Below are positions 35,703 to 48,867 of a stretch of DNA of 64,000 nucleotides, piece by piece. The stretch spans positions 6,076,001-6,140,000 of the forward strand of contig NC_042999.1 of NCBI RefSeq assembly GCF_006345805.1, written 5' to 3'. The DNA is from Octopus sinensis. Its lineage: Eukaryota. Within the stretch, counting starts at the first letter, position 1. Each line of letters begins with the position of its first letter. A program made the position numbers and the translations under genes. A model generated the notes under the pieces. That model saw only the letters and a program-made list of their open reading frames with translations, did no database searches and was not told the DNA's origin.

Positions 35703-36077
35703 ATATTAATAGTTATCGCCATACTAATATGACAGTCTATAAATATAAGACTAAAGCTGTCGCTGATTAGCTCCAAGAGGCCATCGCCTCTAGCTAGCTA
35801 TATGACACACGAACCTGCGTCCATTACAACCTTCGAACAGGGGAGGTCAGCCGCTTCACCTTGCTAGTCAGACATCTGCAGACATGTTTCAGGGTTGTTG
35901 CACTTTATCTGACAAGCAAGGTGAAGCGGCTGACCTCCCCAGTTCGAAGGTTGTAATGGACGCAAGTTCGTGTGTCATATAGCTAGCTAGAGGCGATGGC
36001 CTCTTGGAGCTAATCAGCGACAGCTTTAGTCTTATATTTATAGACTGCCATATTAGTATGGCGATAACTATTAATAT
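35703..36077. repeat. Long foldback / MITE-like element (170-bp arms, 35-bp spacer)
   Basis: 35703-35872 is the reverse complement of 35908-36077, with about four mismatches seen. Confidence 0.9.
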
Positions 36078-36845
36078 GTATATATACTGTATATCTTCAA
36101 GCTCGCCGCCTATCGGACACAGTATACAGAGCGGTCTATGATGCGATAAGTCAGTGTGTACCACTGATGCCATTCTATACAATTTAGGTCTCCGGGTTTC
36201 TGCACTAACTTTAATCACTGTATATTCACGTTGAGTGGGGAAAAGACTTCACGAAACAATTTTTAAAATTCATAACAATCTGCTTTGCTTTTGCCATATA
36301 GCAGAGGGTGTATATTTGTATATACAGGTGTGTGTGTGTGTGTGTGTGAGTGTGTGAGTGTGTACTTGTATAAGGTATGTTGTGAATTTATGAAAAGGAA
36401 TACCTACTATTTCCTTTCTCGAGTCCTTTGTAAAAATTTTGTTTTTACTTCTTGCAATGAAGAGTACAGTGATATATAATTAATTTGATTAATTTAATTG
36501 TTTCTATTCAAGTATGAATTTGCATGATTTTTTTTATATCGCTGTACGAAACGATCGTCTGCATGAATTAAAATTCTCTTCTCTATTTTTGACTAATAGT
36601 TTTATGAGTTTTATTGAGTTTTATGAGATTCCTTTCCATAAATTCACTACACACCATTAGACAAGTTATTCTTTTCATATTCGCAACCTTACGCCAGTAA
36701 GCTACCAGCAAAATATGAAGAATCAATATTAGAAATCTTGTTTTGTTTTTTTTTTTGGAAACGTCCAAATTAAAGGACGAATCTAATTCAACCCTTTTTA
36801 CACACACGCGCGCGCGTATATATATATATATATTATATATATATA

Positions 36846-37383
36846 GGCGCAGGAGTGGCTGTGTGGTAAGTAGCTTGCTCACCAACCACATGGTTCCGGG
36901 TCCAGTCCCACTGCGTGGCATCTTGGGCAAGTGTCTTCTGCTATAGCCCCGGGCCGACCAATGCCTGTGAGTGGATTGGTAGACGGAAACTGAAAGAAGC
37001 CCATCGTATATATTATATATATATATATATATAGGCGCAGGAGTGGCTGTGTGGTAAGTAGCTTGCTCACCAACCACATGGTTCCGGGTCCAGTCCCACT
37101 GCGTGGCATCTTGGGCAAGTGTCTTCTGCTATAGCCCCGGGCCGACCAATGCCTTGTGAGTGGATTTGGTAGACGGAAACTGAAAGAAGCCCATCGTATA
37201 TATATATATATATATATATAGGCGCAGGAGTGGCTGTGTGGTAAGTAGCTTGCTCACCAACCACATGGTTCCGGGTCCAGTCCCACTGCGTGGCATCTTG
37301 GGCAAGTGTCTTCTGCTATAGCCCCGGGCCGACCAATGCCTTGTGAGTGGATTTGGTAGACGGAAACTGAAAGAAGCCCATCG

Positions 37384-37423
<40 letters not shown>

Positions 37424-37843
37424 ATAGGCGCAGGAGTGGCTGTGTGGTAAGTAGCTTGCTCACCAACCACATGGTTCCGGGTCCAGTCCCACTGCGTGGC
37501 ATCTTGGGCAAATGTCTTCTACTATAGCCTCGGACCGACCAAAGCTTTGAGTTGATTTGGAAGACGGAAACTGAAAGAAGCTCGTCGTATATATGTCTAT
37601 GTATATATATGTATGTGTGTGTATATGTTTGTGTGTCTGTGTTTGTCACCCCAACATCGCTTGACAACCGATGTTGGTGTGTTTACGTCCTCGTAACTTA
37701 GCGGTTCGGCAAAAGAGACCGATAGAACAAGTACTAGGCTTACAAAGAATAAGTCCTGGGGTCGATGTGCTCGACTAAAGGCGGTGCTCCAGCATGGCCG
37801 CAGTCAAATAACTGAAACCAGTAAAGGAGAGTAAAGAATAGAG
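36846..37843 (+). mobile_element. Tandem array of SINE family A 5' halves (4 heads), the last one complete
   Basis: Heads start at 36846, 37034, 37221 and 37427, separated by (TA)n. Confidence 0.9.
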
Positions 37844-38449
37844 TATATATATATATATATTACAAGACGTGTGTAGACATAAACAGGCGATATATACGTA
37901 GACTTGCAGAGGAGACTAAAGTGCGAGAGAAAATCATTGTTTACTCGAAGGTTAAACCTGAGTTGGCAACAATAACAACAACCACAATAGCATCAGTAAC
38001 AACAACAAATAAATGAAATAAAATTGAACAAGTAAAGGCAGCCAGGATTGTCTGAAAATAACTGTGAAAGAGGGTGAAGGAGAAACAGTGGGAATGTTAA
38101 ATAATATAGACAGACGTGAGTTAAGCCATAGGTGTACGGAATGTGAGACTGTAACGAACGGATTGAGTACGGTGGGAGCGGGCCGGGGGAGGAAGGATTG
38201 GTTCTAATTAAAGCGTTTCTATTTCAAGTAATGTGTTTTCTTGTAATTATGTTATCGTTGCAGACCGCTAATTACAACTGTTTTAGGACATTCATTAAGT
38301 GAGAAATCTGTTGAATAAACAGTGTAAACGAGAAAATAGCCATTGGAATAGTATAGATATGTGACCAGTGGTCGTCTACTGGGCCAACAATGAGTGACCG
38401 AGCTGCGGTGTACACACAGGTGGGTGGGTGGGTGGCTTTGGGTGTCTGT

Positions 38450-40020
38450 ATGTCTACCTGTGTGTACATGTATGTGTATTTATGTGTGTATACCTGTATG
38501 TATGTATGTGTATGTATGTATGTGTGTATGTATGTATGTATGTGTGTATGTATGTATGTATGTATATGTGTATGTATGTATGTATGTATGTGTGTATGTA
38601 TGTATGTATGTATGTGTGTATGTGTGTATGTATGTATGTATGTGTGTATGTATGTATGTGTGTATGTATGTAGTATGTATGTGTGTATGTATGTATGTAT
38701 GTGTATGTTGTATGTATGTATGTATGTGTGTGTATGTATGTATGTATGTGTGTATGTATGTATGTATGTATGTGTGTATGTGTGTATGTATGTATGTATG
38801 TATGTGTGTATGTATGTATGTATGTGTGTGTGTATGTATGTATGTATGTGTGTGTGTATGTATGTATGTATATATGTGTATATGTATGTATATATGTGTA
38901 TATGTATGTATGTATGTGTGTGTATGTATGTATGTATGTGTGTATGTGTGTATGTGTGTATGTGTGTGTATCTATGTATGTATGTATGTGTGAGTGTATG
39001 TATGTATGTATGTATGTATGTATGTTTGTGTGTATGTATGTATGTATGTATGTGTGTATGTATGTATGTATGTGTGTATGTATGTATGTATGTATGTATG
39101 TGTGTATGTATGTATGTATGTATGTGTATATGTATGTATGTGTGTGTATGTATGTATGTATGTATGTATGTGTGTATGTATGTATGTGTGTGTATGTATG
39201 TATATATGTATGTGTGTGTATGTATGTATGTATGTATGTGTATGTATGTATGTATGTATGTATGTGTGTATGTATGTATGTATGTATGTGTGTGTGTATG
39301 TATGTGTGTGTATGTATGTATGTGTGTATGTATGTATGTATGTATGTGTGTGTAGTATGTGTATGCATGTGTGTATGTATGTATGTGTATGTATGTATGT
39401 ATGTATGTATGTGTGTATGTATGTATGTATGTGTGTATGTATGTATGTATGTATGTATGTATGTGTGTATGTATGTATGTATGTATGTATGTATGTGGTG
39501 TATGTATGTATGTATGTATGTGTGTGTATGTATGTATGTAGTATGTATGTATGTGTGAATGTGTGTTTGTATGTGTATATGTGTGTGCGCGCGTGCGTGT
39601 GTGTGTCTGTCTGTCTGTGTATGTGTGTGTGTCTGTATGTGCATTTATATAAATATATCTGTCTGTGTATGTATGTGTGAGTGTACGTATGTGCGTGTGT
39701 TTGTGTGTCTGTATGTGTATATGTGAGTGCGTGTGTGTGTGTCTGTCTGTGTGTCTCTGTGTATGTGTATGTGTGTACCTGTATGTGCATTTATATGTGT
39801 ATATGTGTGTATGTATGTATGTATGTGTGTGTGAGTGTATGTATGTATGTATGTATATGTGTGAGTGTGTGTTAGTGTGTTCTCATGTGTGTGAATGCGT
39901 GTGTGTATATGTCTGTGTATGTGTGTGTACCTGTATGTATATTTATATGTGTATACCTGTGTATATGTATGTATGTATGTATGTATGTATAAGTGTGTGT
40001 TTGTATGTGTATATGTGTTT
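38450..40020. repeat. (TATG)n/(TG)n compound microsatellite, ~1.5 kb
   Basis: Direct inspection. Confidence 0.97.
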
Positions 40021-40045
40021 CCGCGCGTGCTTGCACATATCTATA

Positions 40046-40223
40046 GGCACAGGAGTGGCTGTGTGGTAAGTAGCTTGCTACCAACCACATGGTTCCGGGT
40101 TCAGTCCCACTGCGTGGCATCTTGGGCAAGTGTCTTCTGTTATAGCTCCGGGCCGACCAATGCCTTGTGAGTGGATTTGGTAGACGGAAACTGAAAGAAG
40201 CCTGTCGTATATATGTATATATA

Positions 40224-40290
<67 letters not shown>

Positions 40291-40524
40291 ATGTGTGTGT
40301 GCGTTTGTTTGTGTGTCTGTGTTTGTCCCCCTAGCATTGCTTGACAACCGATGCTGGTGTGTTTACGTCCCCGTTCATTAGCGGTTCGGCAAAAGAGACC
40401 GATAGAATAAGTACTGCGCTTACAAAGAATAAGTCCCGGGGTCGATTTGCTCGACTAAAGGCTGTGCTCCAGCATGGCCGTAGTCAAATAACTGAAACAA
40501 GTAAAAGAGTAAAAGAGTAAAGAG
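40046..40524 (+). mobile_element. SINE family A, full length
   Basis: Same as 15152. Other copies: 34740-34940(-), 46034-46533(-), 46655-46820(-), 55089-55470(+), 58470-58680(-), 59225-59385(-). Confidence 0.9.
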
Positions 40525-40649
40525 TATCTGTATATGTGTTTTTGTGTGTGGGTATGTGTGCGCATTTGTCTGTCTATATATGTGTATGTATCTGTGTGCA
40601 TTTGTGTATTATCTGTGCGCGCGTGTGTGTATCTGTGTGTGTATCTGTG

Positions 40650-40695
<46 letters not shown>

Positions 40696-42211
40696 CAGCA
40701 GAACAGAAATAAAAAAGAATTCCTTGTGTTTTAGAAATAATTCGAGCCTGAGTCACGGTTTCAAAACTCGTTTGCTGTCATTAAACGTTACTCGTGCAGC
40801 TAATATCATAAGGGAAGGCATACAGGCCACAACATCCCACTTCTCTTCTCTACAATATAAATCTTTGTGCTTCACAACGATGCCGTTGATGGCTAGCTTC
40901 GGGTAAGTCCTGACATTTCACAGATCCAGGGACCAAATACATTCCAATTCTTACTATAATGTGGCCGTTTCAGAGTGTCTATGACTCTCAAGAACTACAC
41001 CAGCCAATGTGTCTTTCATTTGAGGCTCTCTACAGGATCTTAAGGTAAAGCCAGAATCTTTCCCCACAAATGTAGAGGTATATATCAAATAAGATCTTTA
41101 ATATATTCTAAATCAGATGAATTCTAATACGACAGTGAATACTTCGAGAAGTTTCACTTTGAAACGGTTTACCCCAGCAAACCGGAGCTATTGTCACCTT
41201 CACTTCAATAGTAAAAGAGAGAATGGTATATCTTGTTAAAAATAACCAGGAACAATTGAGGGTCGATGTATTGTTTATTTCGCTTCAATCAGCTACATTG
41301 TGAGGGCGAGCACGATCGGCCATTTAAATCCCCAGACTCCTTTCCCGCCTAACCGGAAGTTCCTTCTCTGTGGACCAGCTCGCTAGCTAGCCCACAGTGA
41401 AGGTCCTTATCTACAGTTCGTCTGTTATGAGTCCATGGGCAGTGTTCTACGCGGGAATGAATAAATGAAACCATAAAAACTTCAGAGAACCGCGATTTGT
41501 TCAGAACTGTGATCGTATATACTGCGTGTGCCAGCATAAAAATAACAGTGAAGAGCCGCATGTTTAAATTCAATAATAAATTGTGTGTTCAGTAAAAGAG
41601 GCGGTCATTTGGTGCCAATATCACCGGAGACGTGGCCAACCTCTTTGTGGAGTGGTGAGAGAGAGAGAGAGAAGACTAAAATATCATATAGCAAAAAAGA
41701 TCAATATCTGTGGTAAACTACTTTTGAGATGTAAACAACATAAAACTTGTTTTGAAGGTGAACTAAGAAGCCAGTAATCTAGAAGTAGAGGATAGCAACG
41801 TGGAGAGAAACCAACACAAAGCAAAATGCATCCAGAGGAACATGGAAGGGATAACTGACCATCCCTCAATAAAAGACTGTCCGTCTCAAGTGCTGGACTC
41901 TGACCAGAAACAACAGACAACAACCCATGGTCATCCAACACTTGGTCCACCCAGACAAGAGTGCTGAGAAATGTTTTGCGCATAAGCACGTACTCTTGCC
42001 AAGGAGGGAAACAAACTCGTCTATCGTTTGTAGTTCTCCTGATTCAGCCGAACGAACAGGCTTGAAGCGTGCAAAGGAACCAGAAAAACGAAGGAAACAA
42101 TGTGAATGGAGCATATTGTGGGTAGCGATGCAAATTCTGGAACAGATTAGAAAGGAGAAGTTTGGATAGATGTACAGGATCTTGTGTTGAGCAGTAGAAT
42201 TCTTTATTCTT

Positions 42212-42815
42212 ATTTCTTATTTCTTTACTGCCCACAAGGGGCTAAACACAGAGGGGACAAACAAGGACAGACAAACAGATTAAGTCGATTACATCGACCC
42301 CAGTGCGTAACTGGTACTTATTTAATCGACCCCAAAAGGATGAAAGACAAAGTCGACCTCGACGGAATTTGAACTCAGAACGTAGCGGCAGACGAAATAC
42401 CTATTTCTTTATTACCCACAAGGGGCTAAACACAGAGGGGACAAACAAGAACAGACAGACGGATTAAGTCGATTATATCGACCCCAGTGCGTAACTGGTA
42501 CTTATTTAATCGACCCCGAAAGGATGAAAGGCAAAGTCGACCTCGGCGGAATTTGAACTCAGAACGTAGCGGCAGACGAAATACCTATTTCTTTACTCCC
42601 CACAAGGGGCTAAACACAGAGGGGACAAACAAGGACAGACGTAGGTATTAAGTCGATTACACTGACCCCAGTGCGTAACTGGTACTTATTTAATCGACCC
42701 CGAAAGGATGAAAGGCAAAGTCGACCTCGACGGAATTTGAACTCAGAACGTAATGGCAGACGAAATACCGCTTAGCATTTCGCCCGGCGTGCTAACGAGT
42801 CTGCCAACTCGCCGC
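42212..42815 (-). mobile_element. SINE family B trimer (one head + three ~184-bp bodies in tandem)
   Basis: Junction GACGAAAT-ACCTATTTCTTT repeats at 42399 and 42583; the tRNA-like head occurs only at ~42770-42815. Confidence 0.85.
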
Positions 42816-42919
42816 TTTGTTCTTTTATTCTTTTAATGGTTTCAGTCGCAGGACTGCGGTCATGCTGGAGCACAACCTTCGCTCCTTTTCTATCAGTTTT
42901 GTTGTCGTTTTATGGTTGG

Positions 42920-43330
42920 AAGTTGGTCTGTGATTCAGTTTTCAGCTGTTGATCTTCCCTGAATGAATCTTTGAAGGATTGGTTGGTTCGGTGCCGCCGT
43001 TAGCAGTTCCTCCAATGTTTATTTGAATGTTTCAGTGTAGGTTCCTTTTATATTATAGATTTCTTTGGGTTGGCTGTTGAACAGTTGAGGACCTCATGTT
43101 TTAGTCTGGGCCCGCAGTAAAACCACATGATAAAAGGAATATACCCAAATCAAACCCCTACTTAGTTGCAAGTAACTTTTTGATGGAAAGTCTTATAGAA
43201 GACCCTCTGATATAGTTGAGATAGTCTCCGGCCATTTTACTCTAGTTTATTACTAGGTTGTTTATGATGGATTATTAGGGTGTGGTGTACGTGTTTATAG
43301 GAGTGTTAGTGGCTATAATGCAGTGATATC
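42920..43330 (-). mobile_element. CR1/L2-like LINE 3' fragment
   Basis: GPQLFNSQPKEIYNIKG..TFK*TLEELL..PNQP..RSTAEN. Confidence 0.6.
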
Positions 43331-44129
43331 TCATGTGACAAAGCTAGCATTTCACAAAATCAATCAATCATCTTGTAGATATGGAAGTAGGTTGATATGT
43401 ATTTGTGTGGAGAATGCAGGTCGATGTACTTAGAGAAAGAAAAAACAGATAGCAAACCTTCAGGTGCGAAATGGTGAAACGCATGAATAGGTAACAATAG
43501 AAAGTAGCTGACAGGGCGTAAACAACATGACAGACCACAAAGACAACAACAACAACAGCAGCAGCAGCTGCAGCAGTAATGCTGATTTGTTGGTAAATGA
43601 AAACGAACACCAAAACAAGAAGAGCGCTGACCCTAGTTTGTACGGAAAGTCTGTTGAGATAACTTTAAAAAATGATTGAATAGTGTTGGTAACATAATAT
43701 GGGACACGGTGAAGACTTAAAAGCCTGTAATATACATTGTAGTATCTTACGGTTGCTTTACGAAATACGGTGTCCCTACCAGCAATTAATATGCTATTCT
43801 AAAAGGGAAGACATCTTATCAAAAGTTTGTTTTTTGGAGAATAGTTGACGGGTTTTTTTTTCTCAAATGATAGTACTAATTAAGTTCCTAACCCCTTAAG
43901 GTCGGGTATAAATAGCAAGTCTTTTCATGCGGAATACAAAAATAAAAAGGGGGGGGGGAAGTACCAGATGATAATCAATCAATTAGCTTATGACACAAAT
44001 ATGTCCTATATACCACACCCGTCTTTAGAATTTAGCGGCGTGTCAATAAGCCATACCCGTCTTCTGCAGAAGAAAGCATGTTGTATTAATAAGCCACACA
44101 CGGCCTCAAATGGTTAAAAATCTAAGAAT

Positions 44130-44365
44130 ATATATAAACAATTGGAGCGTGGAAGGTATTTATAAGCCATTTAAGAAACACACAAAAACCGTTAAATTCA
44201 CTTCAACATTTAAATTTAATTTGTCAAAATATTTTCGTCGCTTTGAGACCGCGACGGAGCTTTGTCAGTGAACAGGCTTATAAACACCTTCCACGCTGCA
44301 ATTGTTTTCGTTCCAGCACACGATCTCAGATCAGGTCACTTGCTATGCAAGTACATCTCCGTAAA
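44130..44365. repeat. Second, internally deleted copy of the 19775-20090 foldback
   Basis: Same arms. It holds the 3' half of the hammerhead on the minus strand and the 5' half (TTTGTCAGTGAACAGG) on the plus strand. Confidence 0.8.
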
Positions 44366-44959
44366 AATAAGAATATATAATTTTATTAGTATTAATGAGT
44401 TCCACGTTTGACACTCTGTATGTAAATTGACATCTTGGAAGTTTACAACTCTGACGATGATTGTTTCGTTGAAATTATCAAATATGTTCGACATGTTTTT
44501 ATCGAAGGTTTTCCAACAGCCTATTATCTCTGTACAGTTCTGTTTGATGAAGGGAAATTCCTAATTTTATAATTCCTACACCGGGTGGTGTGTTGTGTTC
44601 TTGAGCAAAACATATGTGGGCCGTACATTAGCGCACTCTCGCCATCGAATCGATGTCGCCTGGACAGGCGCACCGTGTACCACAAGTCAGGCGTCGAAGT
44701 GATCACAGAACAACGTAACATGAAATGTTTTCATTTTTTATTTTCTTTAGAATTTAGGGTCTGAACAGAAAGTTATGGCGTTTCCTATACGAAACATCTT
44801 CAATTGCATTCTTCATAGTTACTCAGATACTTAGAAGCTTAGATAGGTTTCGGGGCCACACGGGGCCACACGGGGCCACACGGGCCCAGGCCATAGCTAA
44901 CTTAATAGCACAATTGGAAAAGACATTTAGGAATGTATTTTTGTGTAGTTATTTCTAGG

Positions 44960-45260
44960 CACCATTGCCCATTCGATTAAAGAGCTGTTGTTTGCAGCAG
45001 TATATTTCTTGGTGTAGGTGGTTTATCTGGAATTTGTTGGAGATATTCATCCAGGAACTTTCTGAAGGTTATGGAATCTTTTTCCTCCTTTATATGTTTT
45101 GGAATGATGTTAAAAAGAGCAGAGTCCAGTTGAGGAGAAGTAGTTCTGTCTTAGTGTTGTGATGTGCTGAGAGCACGATTTCTGTAGAGGACGCATGGCA
45201 CGGGGACGAAGCCTTGGGTGGATCTTAAAAGTGATACCGACATCATTCGGGTAATACTGT
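44960..45260 (-). mobile_element. CR1/L2-like LINE 3' fragment
   Basis: GITFKIHPRL..FNIIPKHIKEEKDSITFRKFLDEYLQQIPDKP. Confidence 0.6.
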
Positions 45261-45417
45261 CGGAACAATTTCCACATCATAGAAATAAAATAAAGATGTA
45301 TTCATAGAAGAAACGTCATAAGTCGGTGCTGCCTTTAAATTCCGTAGAAAACATGAAGGGATACACCTAAAAAAATAAGCAATTTACATCAATTAGGCAA
45401 ATTACATTTTAATCCGA

Positions 45418-45552
45418 GGGACTATAACACTTGATCCTAATCATGGGATTATAAAATTTGATCCTAATTTTGGGATTATAACATTTAAACCTAATCGGGG
45501 GATTATAAAATTCGATCTTAATCATGAGATTACAGCGTTTGATCCTAGTCGT
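45418..45552. repeat. 27-bp minisatellite, 5 diverged units
   Basis: Consensus GGGATTATAAMATTTGATCCTAATCRT. Confidence 0.8.
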
Positions 45553-46244
45553 GCCTAAGTAAACAACAACTCTGTTTCTGTACAAGTTAGAAATCGAAGA
45601 CTCAATTCATTTCATCATTTAATTCTTTATTACCCACAAGGGGCTAAACACAGAGGGGACAAACAATGACAGACAAACGGATTAAGTCGATTACATCGAC
45701 CCCAGTGCGTAACTAGTACTTATTTAATCGACCCCGAAAGGATGAAAGGCAAAATCAACCTCGGCGGAATTTGAACTCAGAACGTAGCGGCAGACGAAAT
45801 ACCACTAAGCATTTCGCCTGGTGTGCTAACATTTCTGCCAGTTCGCTGCTTTAATTCATTTCATTATTCTTAGTATCACTACACTCGTAACTCATATTCT
45901 CATATCCAAACTGAACCCATGGGGGTCAGGGAACAAACAACAGGACCCTCTCACCGAGCACGAGATTCTAAAACCTGATGTCACTTAAAATAGTTTTCCC
46001 TCCATTACCTTGGCTATTTCATTGTAATACTCTTTCACTCTTTTACTTGTTTCAGTCATGTGACTGCGGCCATACTGCAGCTACGCCTTTAGTCGAGGAA
46101 ATCGACCCCAGGACTTATTCTTTGGAAGCCTAGTACTTATTCTGTCGGTCTCTATTGCCACCATCGGTTGTCAAGCGATGTTGGGGGACAAACACAGACA
46201 CACAAACACATACACACAAACACACACACACACACACCACACAT

Positions 46245-46366
<122 letters not shown>

Positions 46367-46866
46367 TACGACGGGCTTCTTTCAGTTTCCGTCTACCAAA
46401 TCCATTCACAAGGCTTTGGTCGGCTCGAGGCTATAAGTAGAAGACACTTGCCCAAGGTACCACGCAGTGGGAATGAACCCGGAACCATGTGGTTGGTGAG
46501 CAAGCTACTTACCACACAGCCACTCCTGTGCCTATGTAATATATATTTTCTTTGGCTTACCTGGCCGAAACTTCGAAGTCACTATCAATAATTTTCTTGT
46601 TTAAGAACAATATATATACACACACACACATATATATATATATAATCTTTTACCTTTTACTTGTTTCAGTCATTGGACGGCAGCCATGTTGGGGCATCGC
46701 CTTGACGGGTTTAAGCGAACGAATCGACGCCAGCGTTTAAGTCTTAAAGCCTGGTACTTATTATATCGATCACTTTTTGACGAACCGGTAAGTTACATGG
46801 AACGTAAATAAAACCAACACCACACACAAAGACAAATTCACACTTATAAATGTACATATATATATA

Positions 46867-46926
<60 letters not shown>

Positions 46927-47016
46927 GGTGGACCAAAAGTCACGCACAAAATAAGTTCAACATGCTCTGGAATTATTAAAGACTTGCTTCATTTTTCTCT
47001 GAAATTGAATAAAATA

Positions 47017-47087
<71 letters not shown>

Positions 47088-47090
<3 letters not shown>

Positions 47091-47571
47091 CGGATATTAT
47101 TATAAAAGATCAGACAAAAAGGATGTGTTTATTAATTGACATGAGTATTCCCTGTGATCACAATATAGCGGCGAAAGAATTTGACAAGATTAGTAAATAT
47201 AAAGACTTGCTAATAGAAACTGAAAAAATGTGGCATCTCAAGGCGACTACAGTACCAGTGATTGTAGGATCTCTAGGAATGATAAAAAAAAGGTACTGAA
47301 ACCTATTTGAAAATGATTCCAGGCTTACCATCCCTACAGGAAGTGCAAAAAATCGTATTAACTGGAACGGCTCATGTACTGAGAAGAGCACTATCGCTGT
47401 GAAAATAACATCCATCCATGAATTTATTTATTTATTAATTTTTAATTACATATTTTATCTGTGAATTTGCGCGTGTAATCTGGGAATGCATACAATGAGC
47501 TTCTCTGCCCTAGGTGTATGGAAAACACTCGGCGAGAAACGGAAGAAAATTTGAAGAAAGAAGGAAAAAAC

Positions 47572-47572
<1 letters not shown>
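47088..47572 (+). mobile_element. R4/Dong-type RLE 3' fragment (family 5) inside (AAT)n
   Basis: PDIIIKDQTKRMCLLIDMSIPCDHNIAAKEFDKISKYKDLL..VPVIVGSLG..QKIVLTGTAHVLRRALSL*; (AAT)n on both sides. Confidence 0.88.
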
Positions 47573-47625
<53 letters not shown>

Positions 47626-47650
47626 GTAATTATAATTATAATTATAATAG

Positions 47651-48197
47651 CGGTACCAGGCAGTGACTCTCATGGTTTCTGATCTTAACTGATTGGAAGT
47701 GTTATCATTTACATTGTTTTGTTTTGGTATAAAAGATGGGCTACAGCAAATATTCTGCTCAATACCACAGATTTGCTTGTCAGTTGTTTGACCATAACCA
47801 GTTGAGCATGTCCCTTAGTGGCTGACGATATGTGCATCTCTGATCACGAACAGAAGTAGTGGGGGAGCATCATAGCCATGTGTTGAGAGGGATTCTTTGG
47901 GGTTTGAATAATTCACCTCTGCAAACATGGAGGTTTCTCTCAACATCCTTAAACAACCCTTATTTGGGGACCTTTTGAACGGGATGGATTACTCGACCCG
48001 AAGAAAATTCTAACTGGGCCCCACCTGCAAGGCCATGTGCTGTTTATCTTGATATGAGATCACCATGTCACGCACACATATGGTTGTGATGCATGTGCCT
48101 GGTGTACCCTTATCAGACGGGTAGTCATGATGGGTATACTGGGCTTCGTATATTTTACCCCAGTGTCACTTTGATGGCATGCACTGCTCGCTCACTC
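47651..48197 (+). mobile_element. Element E, near full length, between (AAT)n tracts
   Basis: Reverse complement of 4692-5248; followed by a long (AAT)n at 48198-48405. Confidence 0.88.
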
Positions 48198-48281
<84 letters not shown>

Positions 48282-48314
48282 AATAATGATAATAATAATA
48301 ATAATGATAATAAA

Positions 48315-48403
<89 letters not shown>

Positions 48404-48810
48404 TAATTTCGGCACAAGGCCAGCAATTCTAGGGGGAGGTGAAAGTCGATGACACTGATCCCCCAGTGATCGACTGGTACTTATTTTAATCTATTACGAA
48501 AGGATGAAAGGCAAAGTCGACCTCGACGGAATTTGAACACAGAACGTAAGGCCGAATGAAATGCCGTTGAGCATTTTTACCAGACACGAGCGCGCCCGTG
48601 TGTGTACCTAGAGTTTGTTGTTTCGTCGGGTTTGTTCCCTTATCGGCCAATTATCTGATGAATAGTAATTTGATTGTTTGGGAGTACAATAGACGGTGTT
48701 TCTGATTTCGTACTTCGGTTGCGATAACGTTTGTTTAAAGAGTTATATCCACAGACCGGAACAGAATAACAATGACAATAGCCACAACTACAACAACAAC
48801 GGTTTAACTA

Positions 48811-48867
<57 letters not shown>

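Noticed and set aside
35873-35915. Minus-strand CAGATAA..GAAACATGTC as a hammerhead
   Set aside because: Two uncompensated core changes and no helix I partner.
38264-38419. Plus-strand exon with good acceptor and donor
   Set aside because: Stops in all three frames. Only MSDRAAVYTQ could code, which is too little to support.
38390-40069. ORFs of 130-396 aa (YVCM / HTYI repeats)
   Set aside because: (TATG)n microsatellite that lacks stop codons.
40799-40902. Plus-strand exon candidate ending at GTAAGT
   Set aside because: Weak acceptor, unrecognisable peptide and no partner exons.
45418-45552. CRISPR-like array
   Set aside because: Contiguous tandem units without unique spacers, in a eukaryotic context.
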